From positions 13,226 through 77,225 of the forward strand of contig JAKAPM010000001.1 in NCBI GenBank assembly GCA_021807085.1: a stretch of 64,000 bases of DNA, given 5' to 3'. Source of the DNA: Nanobdellota archaeon (GTDB lineage: Archaea > Nanobdellota > Nanobdellia > Parvarchaeales > Parvarchaeaceae). Positions 18,303 to 27,657 of the stretch are shown here, piece by piece (the stretch's first letter is position 1; every line of letters starts with the position of its first letter). A program made the position numbers and the translations under genes. The notes under the pieces are model-generated. The model searched no databases, was not told the DNA's origin, and saw only the letters and a list, made by a program, of their open reading frames with translations.

Positions 18303-19001
18303 ATGACAGAACACAAGCCAATGAAATGGATAGGGGGCTTGCTGCTGTTCTTCGGTCTCCTGGCCGTAATAACTATATATTCTGCAATGGCATCCGGTCT
18401 CCTCTCCCATTCCTTCGCCCAGCAGGCGATAAACGACGTGATAAACTACACGCTTACCACCTCGGCTGCGAACGGCCTTGGCACCGGAAGCACGGCTAAC
18501 CTCAGCAGTGCGGTAAGCGCGAGGCTCTCAGCCGTGATAAGCGCGCCTGGGTGCGGCTCGCTGTGCTTTGTATCTTCCCTGATAAAGAGCGGGTCTGGGA
18601 TAAACATCCCGATGAACGACTCCAGCGTCTACTACTACGGGTTGATAGCAGATGCTGTGACCGCGCTGGGAGTGGTGCTTATAATCCTCGGCTACAGGAG
18701 CCTCTCGGCGATGCTTGCAATCGGCAGAAACACGGTATCGGTCGGTATAATCTCGTTAGTATCTACTTTCATCCCATTCAGGTTCATAATCCCGACGTTC
18801 GCCAGTTTCTCGGTATCGGGATACAACCTTGCGATACCGTACTATCTTCTGGAGCCATTCACGTCCGCCATATTGACTGCGGACATCTCTGTGGTCTTTG
18901 TGGGTGCCGCCCTGATAATAGCCAGCTACGCACTGAACCGCGTGAAGAAGAATCCCAAGCAGACCACGACCGACACAAAGCTGATAGTCACTCAGAGATA
19001 G
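18303..19001 (+). CDS. Polytopic membrane protein of unknown function
   Basis: several hydrophobic helices, 232 aa. Confidence 0.45.
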   Translation: MTEHKPMKWIGGLLLFFGLLAVITIYSAMASGLLSHSFAQQAINDVINYTLTTSAANGLGTGSTANLSSAVSARLSAVISAPGCGSLCFVSSLIKSGSGINIPMNDSSVYYYGLIADAVTALGVVLIILGYRSLSAMLAIGRNTVSVGIISLVSTFIPFRFIIPTFASFSVSGYNLAIPYYLLEPFTSAILTADISVVFVGAALIIASYALNRVKKNPKQTTTDTKLIVTQR

Positions 19002-19109
19002 GAAAGGCGGTTTGGGTTCTTAATACGCGCGTAAACCGCAACTGGTAAGCTACCACAAGCAGTTTGCAGAGCAGATTTGACAAAATCTACCTTCGGAACT
19101 ACTGGAATA

Positions 19110-19221
19110 GGTGAGCGGGGGAATTGAACCCCCCTACTTCGTTTTCAGCTATGTTCTTTTTCCACAGCCTAGGCTGCGGCGCCATTTGCAGACGAATACA
19201 TAGCCGATCTGTCAGCTCACC
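19110..19221 (-). tRNA. tRNA-Cys (anticodon GCA) with about 42-nt intron after position 37
   Basis: perfect acceptor GGUGAGC/GCUCACC, T-arm GGGGG-UUCAAUU-CCCCC, anticodon stem UUCGU/ACGAA, loop CUGCAA|intron|A. Confidence 0.65.
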
Positions 19222-19558
19222 GATGACAATTAATGATAACCTAAGAGCATACAGTACTTCCGAAACTGCCATACAAAAACATTTTCCTGTACTGCAACCT
19301 CTCTTATTCCACCTCCAGATTAAACGAAGTTCTCCAATAAGGTTAAGAAAGCCATCAGATTTAAAGTCTTCAACCAAAAGACTTGGTTGGTTTTAGAAAT
19401 TATTGCCTGGCTGCGCCCAGATGCAATCCAGATTTTGAAAGTTTAGCCAAGTACACCGATCGTGTGCGGTAAAAATCGCCATTCGCACAAAGAAACGTTT
19501 AAATACGACATATACTCTTACTACTAGTTAGTAAAGCTTAAAATCAAAGGGGGTTACA

Positions 19559-20344
19559 ATGGAAACGGAAGGCTTGGGAAGCATGACACTGGAGCAGTTG
19601 CTTGCCCAGTATAGGGAAAAGACAAAAGTAACCAAAATAAGATCATTGAACAAAGACCTCGGTTACCTTAAAGCCAGAAAGGTCGCAGAGCCTTATGGCG
19701 GATTGCCTAGGAACGTTACCCATAAAAGGACACTGGTCGATTCGGACGACTGGACGGGATTAAGAAGTTATTACCCCGCATGGGCAAGAGAGATTCTTGT
19801 ATATCCAGAATCTAATGGCACCTTCAAGAAAGACGAAGACATAGTCGATAGCTACAAAGACAAAGAAGGGAGAGAATGGGTCTTCCCCGCTTATTGCGTA
19901 CCAGATGAGGCGGTAGACAAAAAGAACGTAGCTCTGTTTGTTACCCCCTTCGCAATAGCAGAAGACGCAAGCAGCGTAACAGTAATAGCAGGTTCGCGCA
20001 AAGTCGTTGTACTCTCTAACTTTCCGCAACGTTCACACTGGGGAACCGTCGATGAAAAAACGGGAATCCCGCTTTCGGCTAAAAACGTAGATATTTGGAG
20101 TAATACGTCAGGTTATCTTTGTCGCCTGGATACCGCGGGCGTGCGGCCTTTGTTGCGCTACTACGACCGCTACTTCGTCGACGGCAGCCGTGCCGTCGTT
20201 GCCGACTACGAGCACGACTTAGGTTTCGGGGTGGGTGTGGAGAGCCTCGAAGAGGCTCCGCAAAATCTGGAGTCCCTTACCCTCGGTCAGCTATTATCTG
20301 CCGTCAAAAAGAAAAAGACAATCTCTGTGGATGATGGAATCTAG
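19559..20344 (+). CDS. Hypothetical protein (N- and C-terminal LTLxQLL motifs), preceded by strong SD AGGGGGT
   Basis: 261 aa ORF, GC about 52%. Confidence 0.45.
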   Translation: METEGLGSMTLEQLLAQYREKTKVTKIRSLNKDLGYLKARKVAEPYGGLPRNVTHKRTLVDSDDWTGLRSYYPAWAREILVYPESNGTFKKDEDIVDSYKDKEGREWVFPAYCVPDEAVDKKNVALFVTPFAIAEDASSVTVIAGSRKVVVLSNFPQRSHWGTVDEKTGIPLSAKNVDIWSNTSGYLCRLDTAGVRPLLRYYDRYFVDGSRAVVADYEHDLGFGVGVESLEEAPQNLESLTLGQLLSAVKKKKTISVDDGI

Positions 20345-20364
20345 GATAAGGCTTTGAGGGTAGT

Positions 20365-20838
20365 GTGAAACTGGAAAAACTATTACTTACAAAGATGTAT
20401 ACGGCCATTGGTGCCGAATTGGATGCACTGAAAGAGAAAAAGAGGGAATTAGAACCGACGGTCAACTACATCAGGGAAACTCGTCTTATGGCGTCTCTGC
20501 CGCTGTACTTGTTGAACGATTACCTGGTAAGGACCGGAAAGACACGTGAAGACCTGCCCAAATTCCGTTATCTCCTCCCAGCTTCGATTGCCGAAGCCGG
20601 CTTCCTTGGCTCGATGGCTGCTGTATACATTACTACCGGCAGCTTTTCCATTTTTGACTATATCCTTACCCTGGTTCCAAGCGTAGCTTTACTGATTGCT
20701 GGATACAAACTAGAGGAGAAAAGGCTCGCGAAGGAGGAGATTGGATTCACGTATGAATCCTTAGAGTACTTTTCAAAGAACGGCTTACTCGGGAAAGAAG
20801 TAGCCGATTTCTGCGGGGAAATAAAGCGCCTAATCTAA
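20365..20838 (+). CDS. Hypothetical protein, two predicted TM helices in the middle
   Basis: 157 aa; GTG start or ATG at 20395. Confidence 0.4.
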   Translation: MKLEKLLLTKMYTAIGAELDALKEKKRELEPTVNYIRETRLMASLPLYLLNDYLVRTGKTREDLPKFRYLLPASIAEAGFLGSMAAVYITTGSFSIFDYILTLVPSVALLIAGYKLEEKRLAKEEIGFTYESLEYFSKNGLLGKEVADFCGEIKRLI

Positions 20839-21087
20839 GCGAGCGTAAACACGCCTTATCTTGTCTCTGTATTTAGAGACGCTACATGTTTTATCTTATA
20901 AAGTTAGACGAGTTTAGGAGATAGGACGCTGCAGGAGGACCTAGTTGGGAGGTTCTACTCCTCTTTTAAAGCTGAATTTGGAAAACACTCCTCCTCCAGA
21001 AAGTGAGGGAACTTAAGGAAGGAGATGAGGTCGTAGAAGGATAAGTTCTGTACTTTCAGCGTTGTAAAATACTAATATTTATTCAGC

Positions 21088-21801
21088 GTGTTCACACTTT
21101 TTCTCAGAAGGATAGCCCTCAAAAAGCATTTATACTTGTACTTATCTACAGTTTTTGTTAGCTTCGGAGGGGAAAATAATACGGGAGCGCTTGATAATTA
21201 TTTGTACTCGAAAGAGTTATCTGGGTCCAAAACGATATATCATCTGGATATAAGTGAGATTTTGTCAAACTTGAAATCTGAACCTGAAAGAATAGTTAAA
21301 TGTTTAGATAGCATTGTAGATGATGCAGAACGGGACTTTATGGAAAAATACTCAAAAAGTTGCGAACAGAATAAAAGTTTATCATATTATGCCACAAAAA
21401 AGTATTCTGATAAGTACTCTCCAATTTTCAACGGTGAGTATATGATAAGTATAAGAACAGCCGAAGGAAAAGAGGTCTTAGAGACAATGTTGGGCAAAAT
21501 TAAGAATCACTATCTATATGAATTAAAACATGAAAATTTTAATGATGGCTTATACGAGCGTGGAAGTGCAATCCCTTGGGTTCTGGCGCTCCCTGCCTTT
21601 TTTTTGTCTGCTTATGCCCTAGAGCCCCTCTTTGGAGTAAGGGCGGCGACACTTCTCGCGATGCCAGAATTTTTCGTTAGTCTAGGCATTGGCCTTTGGA
21701 TTGATACTAAAGTGCGTAACTATTTAGGCAAAAGGTCACAAATGAAGGAACTAGCCGCCAAATTTGACAGGATAAGAGTCATTGAAGACAGTCAAGCTTA
21801 G
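21088..21801 (+). CDS. Hypothetical protein with C-terminal TM helices, AT-rich (about 32% GC in one 60-nt sample)
   Basis: 237 aa ORF; compositionally distinct from neighbours. Confidence 0.4.
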   Translation: MFTLFLRRIALKKHLYLYLSTVFVSFGGENNTGALDNYLYSKELSGSKTIYHLDISEILSNLKSEPERIVKCLDSIVDDAERDFMEKYSKSCEQNKSLSYYATKKYSDKYSPIFNGEYMISIRTAEGKEVLETMLGKIKNHYLYELKHENFNDGLYERGSAIPWVLALPAFFLSAYALEPLFGVRAATLLAMPEFFVSLGIGLWIDTKVRNYLGKRSQMKELAAKFDRIRVIEDSQA

Positions 21802-22276
21802 GAAAATGAGTTTAACTTTTAAAGTACTTTTTATAACAACTCCCTTGTCTTTAGTATTCTCAGCTATCCCACTAAGTCTATAAGTGATCCTCCATGCAAC
21901 GTTTCCTTTACCTGTTATGTCTATATTACCAATTATGCTGGTCATTAATAATTGGATGGAGAGAATCAGACTTGACACCGCTCGAACGGAGAATAACAGC
22001 TCACTCACCAGATATTCAAGTACGGATAATGCTGTAGTGGCTTTCCAACTTTGCCCAAGCTTTCGAAAGCCCTCCTGAAACCAAGGTGTAAATAGAGTAT
22101 ATCCTTACTGCCTTTATGTCTCATAGTTTGCCTTCTTCCCTCAATTTTCTTTTTGCCGCTTATAACTCGCTTTGCGAAATGTTGTTTTACTGAGAGGCAC
22201 CCCATAGTTATAACAGGATTCCGTTATTATTAAATTAGTGCCATTTCTCTGAGATAGCATTATCCCTACTGTGGAT

Positions 22277-22349
22277 GGGTCCGACGGGATTTGAACCCGC
22301 AATCAATCGGTTAAAAGCCGAGTGCTCTACCTGGTTGAGCCACGGACCC
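22277..22349 (-). tRNA. tRNA-Lys (anticodon UUU)
   Basis: acceptor GGGUCCG/CGGACCC, D-stem GCUC/GAGC, anticodon loop CUUUUAA, T-arm GCGGG-UUCAAAU-CCCGU. Confidence 0.75.
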
Positions 22350-22430
22350 TTCACTATTGATTAAACTCATTTTCATATTAATTCTTTATCCATTTCTTAC
22401 CAGTCCGGTGCGTCGCCGCCTTTCCGAACA

Positions 22431-22444
22431 GTTAATTATAAATA
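22431..22444 (+). promoter_or_regulatory. TATA-like box TTAATTATAAATAC upstream of spt5
   Basis: about 43 bp upstream of ATG 22481. Confidence 0.25.
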
Positions 22445-22480
22445 CTAACCGTATCATCAATAGTTATTCTTTGTGATTTT

Positions 22481-22963
22481 ATGACTGAGGATAAACTAGA
22501 AAACGCGGATGAGGAGAAGTCGCACTTTTTCATAATCCGCGTCACAATAGGGAGGGAGATGCAGGCGTTGGAGAGGCTCGACTCACAGCTAAGCAGGGTC
22601 GAGGGGATATACTCCATAATAAAACCCTACTCGCTAAAGGGATACCTTATAGTGGAGGCGAGAGCCTACGAGAACATCCAGCAGCTGATATACAACATAA
22701 AACACATACGCGGTATAATGAACAAGGAACTCAGCGTCGCAGAGGCACTCAAGACGGTAGAGAAGAAGAAGCAGAAGATAGAGATAAATATAGGTGACGT
22801 CGTGAAGATACTTTCGGGGCCGTTCAAGGGAGAATCCGCGACGGTCAAATCCGTAAACAAGGAGAAGGAAGAGGTAACTGTGATGTTTTTGGAATCCGCA
22901 GTGCCGATAAACGTGAACATTAAAATATCGGAAGTGTCGACTATAAAGAGCGAGGGGTCTTAA
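22481..22963 (+). CDS. spt5: Transcription elongation factor Spt5 (NusG homologue), NGN + KOW
   Basis: FFIIRVTIGREMQA NGN start, KOW motif GDVVKILSGPFKGESATV. Confidence 0.8.
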   Translation: MTEDKLENADEEKSHFFIIRVTIGREMQALERLDSQLSRVEGIYSIIKPYSLKGYLIVEARAYENIQQLIYNIKHIRGIMNKELSVAEALKTVEKKKQKIEINIGDVVKILSGPFKGESATVKSVNKEKEEVTVMFLESAVPINVNIKISEVSTIKSEGS

Positions 22964-22965
22964 TC

Positions 22966-23409
22966 ATGAACGCTGTACTGAAAGTGGTTGTCGAAGGCGG
23001 GAAGGCTACGCCGGCGCCACCGCTAGGACCGCAGATAACCGCTATGGGAGTCAAGGCTCCAGAGGTGGTCAAGGCGATAAACGACCAGACTAGGACTTTC
23101 GAGGGGATGAAGGTCCCAGTAGAGATAGAGGTCGACAAGAAGACCAAGGCTTACAAGATAAATGTCCTAATGCCTTCGATTTCCCAGCTCCTGCTCAAGG
23201 AAGCCAAGCTCGAGAAGGGGTTCGGGGACAGGACGCAGACCGCATCAATACCGTTCGAGATGGTGAAAAAGATAGCGAAGGAACACTCAAAATACTCGCT
23301 CGCTAGGGATGAGAGAGGAACCATAAACGAAGTCCTCGGGACGTGCCTCAGCATGGGACTGAAAGTAGACGAGAAGGACCCGCGTGAACTAATCGTGAAA
23401 GAGAAGTGA
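22966..23409 (+). CDS. rpl11: Ribosomal protein uL11
   Basis: PAPPLGPQI...GVKAPEVVKAINDQT conserved L11 N-terminal domain. Confidence 0.9.
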   Translation: MNAVLKVVVEGGKATPAPPLGPQITAMGVKAPEVVKAINDQTRTFEGMKVPVEIEVDKKTKAYKINVLMPSISQLLLKEAKLEKGFGDRTQTASIPFEMVKKIAKEHSKYSLARDERGTINEVLGTCLSMGLKVDEKDPRELIVKEK

Positions 23410-23410
23410 C

Positions 23411-24022
23411 ATGTTTTTCGGCCTGCAAGAAATAAGCACGCTGGTCGCGCAGTACGGATATCTTGCGATATTCCTGCTCATGTTCGGCGAGTCGGTAATT
23501 CTTCCGATACCAAGCGAAGTAGTCCTACCGCTGGCAGGAGTGCTTGCGGCTGCTGGGGAACTCAACGTGTTCCTGAGCTTCGGCGACGCAGTGGTGGCAT
23601 CTATAGCCGGGAGTCTTGTGGGTTATGCGATAGGGTTCGTATTCGGGATAGATGTTATACTCGCTTTCGGCAAGAAGCTCGGCCTGAGGATGAAGGAGTA
23701 CCAGAATGGGATAGTGTGGATAAAGAGATACGGCGACTATTTCGCGTTCGTAACGAAGCTGCTTCCGGCGGTGAGGTCGATAGCCAGCGTGGTATGCGGG
23801 GCGTTCAAGATGAGTATAAAGAAATTCACGATATACGCGACTGCGGGTATACTCATATGGTCTGCGTTCCTTTTCTCCCTTGGATATTACTTCTCCAAAA
23901 ACTGGGCCGCGGTGTCAAATGCCATACAAGCCTCTGCCGTTTACATAGGCGCGGTCTTCGCTGCGTTCTTTATAATCTATATATTAAGGAAAAGGATAGC
24001 AAAACTCTTCAGGAAAAAATAA
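23411..24022 (+). CDS. DedA/SNARE-associated (TVP38) family membrane protein
   Basis: FGESVILPIPSEVVLPLAG motif typical of DedA. Confidence 0.7.
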   Translation: MFFGLQEISTLVAQYGYLAIFLLMFGESVILPIPSEVVLPLAGVLAAAGELNVFLSFGDAVVASIAGSLVGYAIGFVFGIDVILAFGKKLGLRMKEYQNGIVWIKRYGDYFAFVTKLLPAVRSIASVVCGAFKMSIKKFTIYATAGILIWSAFLFSLGYYFSKNWAAVSNAIQASAVYIGAVFAAFFIIYILRKRIAKLFRKK

Positions 24023-24233
24023 TTCCGTCCAGGCTAAATACAGGGACGCAAGCCACAGTCATTTCGAAACCGTTGTCGTGCCTGTTGTTGTAGTCGTTGT
24101 AGTTGCGAACCAAAGGCTGCGATGGTAACCGGTCTACTAAATACCGTGCATGCGGTGGCACCGCGGCTTCACTTTTTCAGCTACTACCTACTATGTGTCG
24201 CCGTTGAATTTTATGTCCAATCCGACGTTCGGA

Positions 24234-25016
24234 CTAGCGCTTTAGACCGGTGTGTGGCTGTGTCTTTTTACTCCTACCCCTGTCTTTCAGGCCGAGCTGC
24301 TTTCTCAGGTAATCCAGCCAGGCAAAATCATCTGACAGTGCCTTCTCGCCCGGCATCAATTCGAGCGGGTCTATGAGCTTTACCGCGGATTTTTCGTCTA
24401 TCATTATATTGCTGGTGTTTAAATCACCGTGGCTAAGCTTCTTTGCATGCGCCCTCTTGATGAAGTTCCTGACGGTTTTCTCTATCTTCAGGCTGTCGCT
24501 GTGCGACAGTGCGTTGCTCCTGATAAGGTCATCCAGGCTCCTGCCGCTGACTCCTTCCATCAGAAAGCCGATCGGTTTCCTGCGCCTATCCAGCACGATG
24601 CAGAGGGGTTTTACCATTATCCTAGGTTCCGCGCGATAGAGCTTTTCCAGCAGAGCGAACTGGTCGAGCGGGGAGTGCCAGAACTTGTATGCGCGGTACC
24701 TCTTATAAACAATCCCTTTAGACCCGAGTACAGAATTGTCCAAATCCTGGCTCACGACGCACGGTGTGCGCCTGCCGTTGACCATAAACGTTTTTATGTT
24801 CCTGTGCAGGCTTCCAAGAAGGGCGTAAGACGCGCGCTTGTCGGGTTTTCTTCCGAGTCTGTCCACAACTCTGTCGAGCCTCAGTCCGAATGCGGATATT
24901 CTCTTTCTAGTTCTCGGCAGTGATACGCCGACTATTTTCCTCGCAACGGCCCTCAGCGTTCTGCTGAGTGGGCTGGGAACGTAGGTGATAGCCCTGTATC
25001 TGGAGCTCGCAGCCAT
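24234..25016 (-). CDS. Protein-kinase-like fold protein, Bud32/RIO/Kdo-kinase-like
   Basis: catalytic-loop-like LSHGDLNTSNIMID and downstream D; 260 aa. Confidence 0.45.
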   Translation of the reverse strand: MAASSRYRAITYVPSPLSRTLRAVARKIVGVSLPRTRKRISAFGLRLDRVVDRLGRKPDKRASYALLGSLHRNIKTFMVNGRRTPCVVSQDLDNSVLGSKGIVYKRYRAYKFWHSPLDQFALLEKLYRAEPRIMVKPLCIVLDRRRKPIGFLMEGVSGRSLDDLIRSNALSHSDSLKIEKTVRNFIKRAHAKKLSHGDLNTSNIMIDEKSAVKLIDPLELMPGEKALSDDFAWLDYLRKQLGLKDRGRSKKTQPHTGLKR

Positions 25017-25187
25017 AGTACCGTAATGCCAGTTCCGCTTATAAATTGTAAGCGCGCACCCGTGTCGTAGATAATGGGCGGCCTAGAAATGAAACGTCTA
25101 CACGAGAGGCGACGTTGGAGGAGACGGGCCGTACAAACGACCGGCTATGGCAATATTTGCGGCTTTAACGCGCAAAATCCGCCAACT

Positions 25188-25203
25188 CGTTTAAAGTATA
25201 TAA
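25188..25203 (+). promoter_or_regulatory. TATA box (AAGTATATA) about 26 bp upstream of flaI-like ATG
   Basis: centre about 25198, ATG 25227. Confidence 0.3.
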
Positions 25204-25226
25204 CGTTAAATCTGCAAAATAATACT

Positions 25227-26756
25227 ATGGCCGAAGAAGGGGCATCCAACGAAGTAATAGACGGCTACAGCGTGATATCCGACGGTATAGCGGCCTCGGT
25301 CAGGATAACAAGGGAGAAGGAGAAGTTCACGCTCACTTACAACATAAAGGTCCCTGCGCTGGACCCTGCGACTAGGGCGGTACTGAACGACATGCGTACG
25401 CAGCTTATAAAAGAGGACCCGCTGAGGATACAGGAACTGTCGCAGAACACGTCGCCAACGCTCAAGATACAGTTCCTGGACCTGGTCTCGAACAAGCTGA
25501 AGAAACTGATGCCGGACCTTTCGGATTCCGTGTATCTGGACCTGTCCGCCACCCTGCTGCACGAGATGTTCGGCCTCGGCGTGCTGGAAGTGCTGGACAA
25601 CGACCCGAATCTTGAGGAGATAGTGGTCAACGATTCCAAGACGCACGTTATGGTCTACCACGTGAAGTACGGCTGGCTCGAGACGAACATAAGGATAGAG
25701 AGCGAGGCCAAGATAGAATCTTTCGCGCAGCAGATTGCGAGGAAAGTCGGAAGGCAGATAACCAACCTAAACCCGCTTCTGGACGCGCAGCTAATCAACG
25801 GCGACCGTGTCAACGCCACGCTGTATCCCATCTCCACGCACGGAAACACCATTGACATAAGGAAGTTCAAGGCGGAACCGTGGACAATAACCGAGTTCCT
25901 CAAAGTGGGAACGGTGTCTCCCGAGCTGGTGTCCTTCATCTGGCAGGCAATACAGTACGAGCTATCGTTCATAGTTACTGGTGGTACGGCATCCGGTAAA
26001 ACCAGCATCCTCAACGTTTTTCTCCCGTTCATACCTCCGAACCAGAGGGTGATAACCATAGAAGATACCAACGAGCTTATACTCCCGAGTTTCATGCAGT
26101 GGGTACCCATGCTGACAAGGCAGCCCAACTCAGAAGGCAAGGGGGAGGTTACGATGCTCGACCTTCTTATAAACTCTCTGCGTATGAGGCCGGACCGCCT
26201 GGTAGTTGGTGAGATAAGGAAGAAGGACGACGCGCAGACTCTCTTCGAAGCTCTCATGACGGGACACTCTGTATACGCGACTATGCACGCGGAGACCGCG
26301 CAGCAGGTAGTGAAGAGGCTGCTTTCGGAGCCGATAGACCTTCCCGATATAGAAGTCGCGACTCTGGACCTTGTGATAACTGCGTTCAGACAGAGAAGGA
26401 CCGGCGTCAGAAGGATCCTGGAGGTAGCCGAGATAATCGAGAGAATGACAGCGGGCAAGAGCGAGCCGGTTACCAACAACATATTTGAGTGGAAAGCTAG
26501 GACGGATAAGATAGAAAGGACGATGAATATTTCGCAGAAAGTCATTAACAAGCTGCAGCTGTATTCGGGCTTAACGTCGGAGGAAATAACCAAAGACCTG
26601 GAGGAGAAGAAAAAGGTTCTGGAGTGGATGGTCAAGAACAACGTCAGCAACGTAAACAAGATAGGTCTTGTCGCGAGCCTTTACTATATGAAGAAGGATA
26701 CCATGATGGAAATAGTAGAAAAAGGCGGCAATCCAGAAATGCTAGAGAATCTCTAG
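25227..26756 (+). CDS. FlaI/TadA-like type IV filament assembly ATPase (type II/IV secretion ATPase superfamily)
   Basis: Walker A GGTASGKTS, Asp box, Walker B VVGEIRKKDD, His box; TAG stop. Confidence 0.85.
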   Translation: MAEEGASNEVIDGYSVISDGIAASVRITREKEKFTLTYNIKVPALDPATRAVLNDMRTQLIKEDPLRIQELSQNTSPTLKIQFLDLVSNKLKKLMPDLSDSVYLDLSATLLHEMFGLGVLEVLDNDPNLEEIVVNDSKTHVMVYHVKYGWLETNIRIESEAKIESFAQQIARKVGRQITNLNPLLDAQLINGDRVNATLYPISTHGNTIDIRKFKAEPWTITEFLKVGTVSPELVSFIWQAIQYELSFIVTGGTASGKTSILNVFLPFIPPNQRVITIEDTNELILPSFMQWVPMLTRQPNSEGKGEVTMLDLLINSLRMRPDRLVVGEIRKKDDAQTLFEALMTGHSVYATMHAETAQQVVKRLLSEPIDLPDIEVATLDLVITAFRQRRTGVRRILEVAEIIERMTAGKSEPVTNNIFEWKARTDKIERTMNISQKVINKLQLYSGLTSEEITKDLEEKKKVLEWMVKNNVSNVNKIGLVASLYYMKKDTMMEIVEKGGNPEMLENL

Positions 26757-26760
26757 TGAT

Positions 26761-27657
26761 ATGGAAAACAAGATTCCCAGCATAATGATTAGCCCGGCCA
26801 GGGCGCTCTCCGTGTCCAAACCGCTGAAAAGGTACGCCGCTGTGCTTAAGGGACTGGCCCCCAACATACAGAACGACATGATAGAAGCGGGTATGAGCCT
26901 GAACTATCTGGATTATTTCGCAGCGGGCCTGCTTATGGTGATAATTCTCGGCTCGCTGCTGGTGGTTGTGGCGGGACTGATAGCTCTGGTGGCTTTCAAG
27001 AAAGACGTTCTGACGGCGCAGCTCGGCGCGATACTGACAGCGATGGTGTTTATAGTACCGATAGTGTACGTCCTCTATTTCGTGAACTATCCGAAGCTAC
27101 AGGCACAGAAGAGGAAGAAGAAGATAGACGAGAAGACAATATTCGCTATAAGGGAGATAATGATAAAGGTAGGTTCTGGTGAGCCGATATTCAATTCCCT
27201 CCTGGACGTGGCTAACGGGGACTTCGACATAGTTTCAGAGGAGTTCAAGGTGACGGTCGAGGAGATACAGACGGGAGTCTCGCAGGAACAGGCCTTGGAG
27301 AACCTTTCGAGAAGGGTTCCCTCGCAGTCGCTCAAGCGCGCTATAGACATAATAGTCAACACAATAAAGTCCGGCAGCGACATACACGAGACTCTGGCGC
27401 TAATCAACGACATGCTTATCAGGAAACAACAGTCGGACATGAGGGCATACGCCGGAGAGCTTACTCCGATGTCGATGGCGTATATGCTGGTCTCTGTGGT
27501 CCTGCCTAGCTTGGGAATGTCCGTGTTCGTGATCCTCGGGTCGCTGGCGCACCTGGACATACAGGACATGATATACCTAATCCCTCCGTTCCTCGCGATA
27601 TTCCAGATATTCTTCATGGGGATGGTGGGCAGCAGGAGGCCGGCGATAGGAATATGA
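26761..27657 (+). CDS. FlaJ/TadC-like membrane platform protein, first T2SS-F-like repeat (split gene)
   Basis: TM-cytoplasmic domain-TM layout of T2SS-F/TadC; 298 aa. Confidence 0.6.
   Translation: MENKIPSIMISPARALSVSKPLKRYAAVLKGLAPNIQNDMIEAGMSLNYLDYFAAGLLMVIILGSLLVVVAGLIALVAFKKDVLTAQLGAILTAMVFIVPIVYVLYFVNYPKLQAQKRKKKIDEKTIFAIREIMIKVGSGEPIFNSLLDVANGDFDIVSEEFKVTVEEIQTGVSQEQALENLSRRVPSQSLKRAIDIIVNTIKSGSDIHETLALINDMLIRKQQSDMRAYAGELTPMSMAYMLVSVVLPSLGMSVFVILGSLAHLDIQDMIYLIPPFLAIFQIFFMGMVGSRRPAIGI

Noticed and set aside
25074-25226. N-terminal extension of flaI from 25074 (MGGLEMKRLHERRRWRRR...)
   Set aside because: Arg-rich featureless extension containing the TATA box; ATG 25227 fits promoter spacing.
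25655-26659. 334-aa minus-strand ORF inside flaI
   Set aside because: Antisense to a strongly supported ATPase gene; low-complexity Ser/Leu-rich translation.
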